DNA of 64,000 nucleotides from an uncultured Chlamydiales bacterium (GTDB lineage Bacteria; Chlamydiota; Chlamydiia; Chlamydiales; Rhabdochlamydiaceae): NCBI GenBank assembly GCA_963700985.1, contig OY969554.1, positions 992,001 to 1,056,000 of the forward strand, read 5' to 3'. Shown piece by piece: positions 56,620 to 64,000 of this stretch (position 1 is its first letter; each line of letters starts with the position of its first letter). The notes under the pieces were generated by a model. It saw only the letters and a program-made list of their open reading frames with translations, ran no database searches and was not told where the DNA came from. The position numbers and the translations under genes were made by a program.

Positions 56620-59249
56620 TGATATTGTCCAAGCTGCTGGAGAAGTTTAGCGACAAGTCCGGTCCAACCCGTTTGATGGCTGGCTCCAATACCGGCACCA
56701 TTGTCACCGTGAAAGTATTCGTAGAAAAGGAGGTAATCCTTCCAATAAGGATCATCCTGAAAGGTGGAATTACCACCAAAAATCGGTCTATGCCCTTTAG
56801 AATCTTTTAAGAACATGCGGACCAAACGGTGAGAAATTTCACTAGCGACCTCCCAAAGGGTCATCATTTTTCCAGAACCGGTGGGACACTCTACCTTATA
56901 GTCATCGCCCAGATAGTAATGGAATTTCTGAAGTGATTCAATGATTAACATATTTAGTGGGAACCAAACGGGTCCGCGCCAGTTGGAATTCCCCCCAAAT
57001 AAGCGGGTCGAAGATTCGGCTGGCTCGTATTTTACTGTATACTCATGCGCATTTAATTTGAGAGTGTATGGGTGTTCTTCATGATATTTAGAAAGTGAGC
57101 GAATGCCATAAGGACTCAAAAACTCTTTTTCATCTAACACCTTTGACAAAACACGCTTTAATCTTTCAGGAGTCATAATCGAAAAGAGTCTTCGACCCTC
57201 TCTTCCGGGTTCACTAGCACAAGCCATTTTATCACAAAGATCTCCGCGGTTTTTTAAAAACCACTCGAGACGTTTATTAAAGCCCTTAAATTTTTCGAGC
57301 TGCTCGGGTTTCAATACAGTCACCGCAAAAAGCGGGATAATACTCACCATCGAGTGCACTTTTATGCGTTGGACGTTGTTACCTGGCATGAGCAGTAGAT
57401 CATAATAAAAGCCATCCTCTTCATCCCAAAGCGGGACTTTATCGCCACTTTGAAAGTTGATTGCACCGGAAATATACAGAAAATGCTCGAAGAACTTACT
57501 CGCCATGTCTTCATAGGTGGGGTTTTCAACTGCTAGCTCTAATGAAATGGTGAGCATATTTAGACAATACATCCCCATCCAACTTGTCGCATCCGATTGA
57601 TAGAGCGTTCCTCCATCGGGAATCTGCTCGCTGCGATTGAATACACTAATGTTATCCATGCCTAAGAAGCCGCCTTGAAAGACGTTTCTACCACCGGCAT
57701 CTTTACGATTGACCCACCAAGTGAAGTTGAGCAGCAGCTTTTGAAAAACACCTTCTAAAAAGAGACGATCTTTCTGCTGATGCAGCTTTTCTCCCATTTT
57801 ATAAACACGCCAGCTGGCCCACGCATGCACAGGCGGATTGACATCACTAAATGACCATTCATATGCGGGCAGCTGTCCATTTGGATGCATATACCACTCG
57901 CGCATGAGCAAAAGCAGTTGCTTTTTAGCAAAATCAGGATCGACCATCGCAAATGGTAGTGCATGAAAAGCGCTGTCCCAAGAAAAGAAACCCGGATACT
58001 CCCATTTGTCTGGTGTGGAGTGAATATCGTCGTTGTATAGATGCCCCCATTCTCCATTTCGATCGATTTTTCTTTTTGGAGGTTTACCGATTTCTAACGG
58101 ATCTTTATGCAACCAGTCGTCGACAATGTAGTGATAAAATTGTTTATTCCAAAGCATGCCTGCTAGCGCTTGCCTTTGAATTTGCTGCTGCTCCAAGGTC
58201 AAATAAGGACAGGCGAGCTCATGATAAAACTCATCCGCCTCGCTTTTTCTTTTTTGGAAGGTCTCATCGAATTGCGAAAATGCAGAGGAAGCTAACTCTG
58301 GCTTATCTGAAAAGCGGAGCTTTATCTCAAAAGTAGCACCAGGTGCGATTTCAGCTGAGTAATGCAGAGCAGATTTTGTGCCGGTTTTATTGGGGTTTAC
58401 CGCTTCAGAAGCTTTATGAATAACATATTCATGAAAAGCATCCTTCACATATGGAGTGGGATTGGGACGGTTAAAAACGCGCTTCATGTTGGTCTCATTC
58501 TCAGTAAAGAGCGTTTCAATGGGCTGATTGAAATAGAAAAAGCGTTTGCCATATTTTGGATGTTCAGCTTCTAAATAATTGCCCTTAGAAGATATGCGCG
58601 GCTTTGGCTGCCCCTCTTTCCATGACCAATCATTGCGGAACCAGAGTGTCGGAAACACATGTAACGTTTTGGGTAAATCTCCTCGATTGGTTGCCTTAAT
58701 GCGTATCAAAAGATCTTCATGATCTAGTTTGGCATACTCAATTGAGATATCGAAATAGCGATTCTTTTCAAACACGCCTGTATCGATCAGTTCATATTCG
58801 GGTTCGGTGATGCTACGTTTTTGATTCTCTTCAACTAACTTAGCGTATGGATAAGCTTGCTGGGGATATTTGTAGAGATAGAGCATGTAGCTGTGCGTGG
58901 GAGTATTATCCAGGTGAAAATAGTACTCTTTGACATCCTCGCCATGATTCCCTTCTTTGCCAGTAAGGCCAAACAGCCTCTCTTTAAGAATGGGATCCTC
59001 ACCATTCCAAAAGGCGGGAGCAAAACAGAAGCGCTGATGATTATCTGAGATCCCTGCAATACCATCTTCTCCCCAGCGATAAACTCGCGAACGGGCTTGA
59101 TCATGCGTGAAATAGTTCCAAGCCTCTCCATCCTCACTGTAATCTTCACGAACCGTGGCCCACTCTCGTTCACTGAGATATGGTCCCCAGCGCCGCCAGT
59201 GCTTCTCCTGCTTGCGAGCTTCTTCAAGCCGCGCTTTTTCAGCCGACAT
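56616..59249 (-). CDS. Glycoside hydrolase family 63-like glucosidase
   Basis: WGPYLSEREW, PDKWEYP, LPAYEW, NWRGPVW and HQTGWT motifs. Confidence 0.9.
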   Translation of the reverse strand: MSAEKARLEEARKQEKHWRRWGPYLSEREWATVREDYSEDGEAWNYFTHDQARSRVYRWGEDGIAGISDNHQRFCFAPAFWNGEDPILKERLFGLTGKEGNHGEDVKEYYFHLDNTPTHSYMLYLYKYPQQAYPYAKLVEENQKRSITEPEYELIDTGVFEKNRYFDISIEYAKLDHEDLLIRIKATNRGDLPKTLHVFPTLWFRNDWSWKEGQPKPRISSKGNYLEAEHPKYGKRFFYFNQPIETLFTENETNMKRVFNRPNPTPYVKDAFHEYVIHKASEAVNPNKTGTKSALHYSAEIAPGATFEIKLRFSDKPELASSAFSQFDETFQKRKSEADEFYHELACPYLTLEQQQIQRQALAGMLWNKQFYHYIVDDWLHKDPLEIGKPPKRKIDRNGEWGHLYNDDIHSTPDKWEYPGFFSWDSAFHALPFAMVDPDFAKKQLLLLMREWYMHPNGQLPAYEWSFSDVNPPVHAWASWRVYKMGEKLHQQKDRLFLEGVFQKLLLNFTWWVNRKDAGGRNVFQGGFLGMDNISVFNRSEQIPDGGTLYQSDATSWMGMYCLNMLTISLELAVENPTYEDMASKFFEHFLYISGAINFQSGDKVPLWDEEDGFYYDLLLMPGNNVQRIKVHSMVSIIPLFAVTVLKPEQLEKFKGFNKRLEWFLKNRGDLCDKMACASEPGREGRRLFSIMTPERLKRVLSKVLDEKEFLSPYGIRSLSKYHEEHPYTLKLNAHEYTVKYEPAESSTRLFGGNSNWRGPVWFPLNMLIIESLQKFHYYLGDDYKVECPTGSGKMMTLWEVASEISHRLVRMFLKDSKGHRPIFGGNSTFQDDPYWKDYLLFYEYFHGDNGAGIGASHQTGWTGLVAKLLQQLGQYQ

Positions 59250-59327
59250 CTGCTTTTACCTTTGCATAGGTTTTCAAAGTCAGATATAGAGAATCAAAAA
59301 ATTTGTAAGATAGAGAAATCCGTCAGA

Positions 59328-60035
59328 ATGACTTGGAAAAAAATAAAACCTTACCTTCCTCTGATAATACTCATTGTGCTCACGCACCTAGCCTATTTCA
59401 GCGGCGTTTATAGCTATCTCAGCATCAAAACCTTTAGAACAACTCATGAGAATTTGCGCCTATTTGCGGACACGCACTTACTTCTTACGCCCCTGATCTT
59501 TATAAGCATCTATGTAGTAACAGTTGTCCTCTGCTTACCTGGCCCCATTTTCTTAAGCGTGATTGCAGGCTTTCTTTTTCATCAGCCTTTTGCGACGATT
59601 TACGTCATTTTAGGTGCGACACTTGGAGCTTTTCTTTTCTTCTCAATTGCAAACTCTGCGGTGGGAGAGCTGCTTTTTAAAAAAGCTGGGCCCAAACTTC
59701 GAAAAATGGAATTAGGAATCGAAGAAAATGCTCCCTACTATCTGCTTTGTCTAAGATTTTCAGAGGTAGTGCCTTTTTGGCTGATCAACATCGCTGCAGC
59801 TTTTTTCCGAATCCGGCCTTTTACTTTTTTATGGACAACAGCCGTGGGTTTTTTGCCCAGCGCTTTTGTCTTTTCTCAAGCAGGCAGAGGGCTTAACACA
59901 TTTCTTCAATCAGGCGCAGACTTCTCATTTAGCGATCTATTAAATCCTGAAATGAAAATAGCCCTGTACGCGCTAGCACTGCTAGCTTTGCTTCCAGTGC
60001 TATTTAAAAGATGGAAAAAAAAGCGTGATAATTGA
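59328..60035 (+). CDS. TVP38/TMEM64 (VTT/DedA) membrane protein (start refined to MTWKK)
   Basis: LPG..LSVIAGFLF, GATLGA and LRF..VVPFWLIN motifs. Confidence 0.88.
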   Translation: MTWKKIKPYLPLIILIVLTHLAYFSGVYSYLSIKTFRTTHENLRLFADTHLLLTPLIFISIYVVTVVLCLPGPIFLSVIAGFLFHQPFATIYVILGATLGAFLFFSIANSAVGELLFKKAGPKLRKMELGIEENAPYYLLCLRFSEVVPFWLINIAAAFFRIRPFTFLWTTAVGFLPSAFVFSQAGRGLNTFLQSGADFSFSDLLNPEMKIALYALALLALLPVLFKRWKKKRDN

Positions 60036-60047
60036 ACCTATGGCTAT

Positions 60048-61682
60048 TTAAACAGGCAAAGGAGCGCCTGGCTCAATAGGTCTACTGCTGCGGAAAAGGT
60101 GAATACCCAGACAGCTTAAAATGTTTTTAGCCAGATAATAGAGCACATAGATAATCCGATAAAGAACCTGCGTTCCCCAAAAAAGGCGCGTTCTCTCATA
60201 CCAGGCAATCTCAGCCCCGCGGGTAAAGTTATCGAGCTGAAGATCGAGATCTTCACCGATGTATTGAATCTCTCGCACTTTCAGTTCTTGAGAATTAGCT
60301 GGATCAGCATGCCGGTATGGGTGAGGACGGAGGCCGGGAATATTGCCTTCAAGCGGCACACCATTAAATTCAGTAAGATTGACCTTCACTCGAGGATTCT
60401 TAACCCCATGACCCACATGCCGACGTCCTGCGTGATCAGCTGCATCTCCCTCTTCCACATCTGGGCTGCCCTCCGCCGCTCTGTGTAGGCCGCGATTGCG
60501 AAAAATATGCAGGGTCAGATCGGGTTCAATATTGCCTTCCTCTAAAACAGGAAGTGCATTAGCCCATGCACTAAAATTATCAGCTGTCTCCACATCAACG
60601 CTCGGACCATTCATTAAAATGGCTTCATTTATATGCTCAGCAAATCTGAAAGCGCCGTCTTTTGTTAAAAAGATATCAGCTATAAGTCTTTGTAGTTGAG
60701 AACATCCGAGGCTAAAACCCACAGCGCGCAATTTTTGACCTGGACTCAAGAAATCTGGATCTGTAAATAGTTCATAAAAAAGCTCACGCGCTGCCGAATA
60801 GCCCAGTTCGCCAATCTTCTCGAGCATATCGTTTAACCAGCTCTCTACGACATCTTCGGAAGTAAGCGCGACTTGAGTTGGGCGGAAATAGATACTAGGG
60901 CTGAGTGTAGAATCTGCAGCCAATGGCTTTAATGCATAGGCTACAAGACCATCTCCTGTGCCAATTTTTTGATAGACCGTGAAATAATCAACACCGCCAT
61001 TATTGTCGGGAGCAGGAATAATCTCTCCTACTTCTAACTCGAGATTAACAATAATTTTTCCCATGCGCTGAACGAAGACAAAATCTGGTATATCAGCTCT
61101 TTGGGGGAAATCTTCTACGTTTTGGGTATACTCCAGCTTTTTTCTATCCAAACTTAGCGGGTTATGCGTAACAAGATCATAGCATGAATGCGGACCCACG
61201 CGCGTGATCGGACAATCCTTTCCGATATAGCGTATCGCCTTTGCCTGTTCCATTAGTTTAGTGATTTGCTCACGGGAAAGAGAAGCTAAAGGCGTGGCTC
61301 CGGCTAGCTCTTGAAGATCCTGGGCAAAGAGTCTGTCTCCTCCTACCCCGACGGCTTCAATATCGTTCAATTGTAAAGGTCTGCCGCTTTCAATAGCTTG
61401 CCTGAAGTTGAACTGATAACGCTCTGAAAGTCTTACAATTCTGCTTGCCGAATAGCTCTGTCTTACACTCGCTTCAAAAGCCTGCCAGGTCTTGCGGTTA
61501 ACTTCACGTTGAGTCTCTGGAATCGAGCTGGAATAACACGTACAAGAACAACCGAGCTCTTCAGCATCTGCAGCAGTGAGCTTTTCTCCATCGAATATGA
61601 GAGATTGATGCGCCTGCATCTGCTTTGCAGCGTGATAAAAATCATGCAGCGGGAGGGTGCGATCAAGAGCTGGAGTGGTCAT
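60048..61682 (-). CDS. Hypothetical protein with lipase-like alpha/beta hydrolase core; candidate effector
   Basis: YFRPT...WLND; VGFSLG nucleophile motif; C-terminal hydrophobic segment. Confidence 0.65.
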   Translation of the reverse strand: MTTPALDRTLPLHDFYHAAKQMQAHQSLIFDGEKLTAADAEELGCSCTCYSSSIPETQREVNRKTWQAFEASVRQSYSASRIVRLSERYQFNFRQAIESGRPLQLNDIEAVGVGGDRLFAQDLQELAGATPLASLSREQITKLMEQAKAIRYIGKDCPITRVGPHSCYDLVTHNPLSLDRKKLEYTQNVEDFPQRADIPDFVFVQRMGKIIVNLELEVGEIIPAPDNNGGVDYFTVYQKIGTGDGLVAYALKPLAADSTLSPSIYFRPTQVALTSEDVVESWLNDMLEKIGELGYSAARELFYELFTDPDFLSPGQKLRAVGFSLGCSQLQRLIADIFLTKDGAFRFAEHINEAILMNGPSVDVETADNFSAWANALPVLEEGNIEPDLTLHIFRNRGLHRAAEGSPDVEEGDAADHAGRRHVGHGVKNPRVKVNLTEFNGVPLEGNIPGLRPHPYRHADPANSQELKVREIQYIGEDLDLQLDNFTRGAEIAWYERTRLFWGTQVLYRIIYVLYYLAKNILSCLGIHLFRSSRPIEPGAPLPV

Positions 61683-61783
61683 AAATAAATTCTATATCTA
61701 AAAATTGTGAAAGATTAAGTTTATCAAAAGATTTCATTTCAATAAATAACCAAAAATCTTTTCGACAATACAAAAGATTTTAA

Positions 61784-62509
61784 TTATTCTTCTGGCATCT
61801 TCATATTATGGTAAACCACATCCACATCATCGATGTTTTCTATCCATTCAATAAGCGCAAGATTTTCTTTGAATTTCTCTGAGTCACACTCTACGAGCAC
61901 CTTAGGGATCATTTCTAGCGTCGCCTCTTGGCATTTGAGGCCCATCTGTTCAATTTTTTCCTTAACTTGATTTAGAAGATCTGGCGGAGTGGTAATCATA
62001 TAGAGCTCTTCATTCGCTTCAAAATCTTCAGCTCCAGCTTCACTTACAGCCAAGAAAAGCTCATCTTCATTAGCATCCTTTTTTAAAACTTGGATGATCC
62101 CCTTACGATCGAAGTTAAAAGCGACAGAGCCTGGATTTGCAACGTTACCGCCGCACTTGTTCGTAGCAATGCGCATTTCAGATGAGATCCGATTTTTATT
62201 ATCTGTCATGACCTCAGCGATAATCCCTACCCCGCCGTGCCCATAAAGCTCGTAGGTCATCTCGATATAATCAGCCTGCTCTTGGCTCGAGGCTTTCTTG
62301 ATGTTGCGTTCTATATTATCGTTTGGAAGATTGGCTGCTTTGGCCTTCTGAATGACAAGCTTTAGTTTGGCATTGGTTTTTAGATCTGGGCCGCCTTGTT
62401 TAACGGCTGAAATAATCTCTTTTGTCAAACGCGAATAGAGCTTGCCTTTGATGGCATCTGAGCGCGCTTTGCGATGTTTGATGTTTGCCCACTTACTATG
62501 ACCGGCCAT
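61784..62509 (-). CDS. yebC: YebC/PmpR family protein
   Basis: MAGHSKWANIKHRK, YELYGHGG, TDNKNR and DDVDVVYHN motifs. Confidence 0.96.
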   Translation of the reverse strand: MAGHSKWANIKHRKARSDAIKGKLYSRLTKEIISAVKQGGPDLKTNAKLKLVIQKAKAANLPNDNIERNIKKASSQEQADYIEMTYELYGHGGVGIIAEVMTDNKNRISSEMRIATNKCGGNVANPGSVAFNFDRKGIIQVLKKDANEDELFLAVSEAGAEDFEANEELYMITTPPDLLNQVKEKIEQMGLKCQEATLEMIPKVLVECDSEKFKENLALIEWIENIDDVDVVYHNMKMPEE

Positions 62510-62522
62510 ATAACAATTATAT

Positions 62523-63020
62523 TTATAAGTATTTTTGCATCATGATCTTTGAGATGTATTCTCCCTGATCTTTAATGAAGTGCGTTTCGACTCCATATTG
62601 AGTGAAACCCATCCGTTGATAAAGATGGATGGCGGGATTTCCTTCATAGACTTCTAAATGGAGGATCTCAATTTTAAATTTCTCTTTGGCAACTTTCATC
62701 AGATAAGAAAGAAGCACAGTTCCAATTCCTTTATTCCGGAATTTTTCGGAAACAATAATAGCAAAAAGGCATTGATGCGCCAACTTTTTATATGGCTGTA
62801 GATAGAGATTGACTATGCCACAAGGCACGCCATCCCATTCGATGGTAAAACAGGCTTCATATTTCGCATACCCTATCCAGATTCGCACAGCATCATCGAC
62901 TTCACGCTCATCGAACATGGGAAACCAGCGAAGAACTCCAGGCTCAAACAGCCAAGTTTTCAGATGCTCGGCATCTTCTGGCTGAGTCAAACGAATATGC
63001 ATATTTGGCGGCATGGTCAT
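62523..63020 (-). CDS. GNAT family N-acetyltransferase
   Basis: RNKGIG acetyl-CoA loop; NPAIHLYQRMGF. Confidence 0.9.
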   Translation of the reverse strand: MTMPPNMHIRLTQPEDAEHLKTWLFEPGVLRWFPMFDEREVDDAVRIWIGYAKYEACFTIEWDGVPCGIVNLYLQPYKKLAHQCLFAIIVSEKFRNKGIGTVLLSYLMKVAKEKFKIEILHLEVYEGNPAIHLYQRMGFTQYGVETHFIKDQGEYISKIMMQKYL

Positions 63021-63514
63021 AAAGTGCTCTCGAATAACAGGCGCGCACGGTAACGATCACCTTCTTTTATAAAACGCTCTTGCCTTGCAAACTCTCGAAA
63101 GCCTTGCTTTTGCAGTAAGAAAATGATGGGATTTTCTTCATATACTTCCATGTGCAAGATCTGCAGGCGAAAGTAGTTTTTTGCCAAATGCTTTAGATTT
63201 TTGAGCAGATATGTACCGATTCCTCTTCCTTGATGTTTTGGGTCGACGATCATCTTAAATAGGCAATGATGCGCCACTTTGCGATAAGGCATAAGAAAAA
63301 GTGTGCCGATGGCACAAGGCACATTGTCGATCGTGCACGTTAAACTACAACTCCAGCGGCAGAAGCTAACCCACGCTTGGGCAGCGTCATCTACTTCTTT
63401 TTCTTCCGACATGGGAAACCATTGAAGCATTCCATGTTCTTTCAACCACTCTTTGAGCAGTTGTTCATCTGGAAGCTGGGTGTAGCGCACATCGAGACCG
63501 GATATTTCCTTCAT
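63017..63514 (-). CDS. GNAT family N-acetyltransferase (paralog of the neighbour)
   Basis: QGRGIG; shared WFPM..E.EVDDA motif. Confidence 0.9.
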   Translation of the reverse strand: MKEISGLDVRYTQLPDEQLLKEWLKEHGMLQWFPMSEEKEVDDAAQAWVSFCRWSCSLTCTIDNVPCAIGTLFLMPYRKVAHHCLFKMIVDPKHQGRGIGTYLLKNLKHLAKNYFRLQILHMEVYEENPIIFLLQKQGFREFARQERFIKEGDRYRARLLFESTL

Positions 63515-63534
63515 TTTTACTCACACAAACTCTT

Positions 63535-64000
63535 TTACCCAAACTCTTTTAAATACGCGTTGATGAAATCATCAAGCTCTCCATCCATAACTGCGTGGAT
63601 GTTTCCTACTTCATATTTAGTTCGCGCATCTTTGACAAGCGTATAGGGTTGAAATACATAGCTGCGGATCTGACTTCCCCAGGCGATCTCCTTTTTTTCT
63701 CCCCCGATCTCTTTGATCTTCTCTTGCCTTTCACTAAACTCTTTCTCATAGAGCTTGGCGCGCAAGAGCTTCATACAAGTCTCTTTATTCTGCGTCTGGC
63801 TTCGCTCGCTTTGACAAGAGACCACAATTCCGGAAGCGGCATGTGTAATGCGCACTGCTGAATCGGTTTTATTGACGTGCTGACCACCTGCACCTGAGGC
63901 GCGAAACGTATCTACCCTAATATCCTCTGGCCTGATCTCAATCTTGATCTCATCGCCAATTTCGGGTGTCACATCCACGGATGCAAAGCTCGTATGTCTT
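63535..64000 (-). CDS. prfB: Peptide chain release factor 2, C-terminal part (runs off the window)
   Basis: [23 protein letters not shown] and [13 protein letters not shown] motifs. Confidence 0.96.
   Translation of the reverse strand, partial: RHTSFASVDVTPEIGDEIKIEIRPEDIRVDTFRASGAGGQHVNKTDSAVRITHAASGIVVSCQSERSQTQNKETCMKLLRAKLYEKEFSERQEKIKEIGGEKKEIAWGSQIRSYVFQPYTLVKDARTKYEVGNIHAVMDGELDDFINAYLKEFG

Noticed and set aside
63535-64000. prfB programmed +1 frameshift
   Set aside because: The frameshift site would lie near the 5' end of the gene, outside this window

Overview
A 64-kb chromosomal segment of a bacterium of the phylum Chlamydiota, most likely an environmental (non-Chlamydiaceae) lineage. 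Evidence is the fused glyQS, plant-type PlsB, chlamydial L36, the gene orders dnaG-mutS-uvrC and plsX-rng-plsB-ptr, and the presence of prs and hldDE. The backbone is housekeeping: ribosomal proteins, tRNA-Gln, LPS, lipid and glycogen enzymes, DNA repair, RNA processing and partial prfB. It is interrupted by single-gene or tandem accessory insertions, many with their own AT-rich promoters, that look like host-directed effectors (F-box/LRR proteins, five paralogous Inc-like membrane proteins, a lipase-like protein). Main findings: (1) two divergently oriented ~230-nt paralogous GC-rich elements at 8092-8596 whose differences are largely compensatory, suggesting a conserved structured RNA or ssDNA element; (2) a stand-alone Zn-dependent deaminase-fold protein (HTEQ...STKTCCAPC) between mutS and uvrC; (3) an AbiEi/AbiEii type IV TA pair whose nucleotidyltransferase is fused to ankyrin repeats, under a perfect 22-bp palindromic operator; (4) a five-copy promoter-ORF-terminator cassette array. 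No transposase, integrase, CRISPR array or rRNA was seen. All calls are from reading the sequence by eye; no searches were run.
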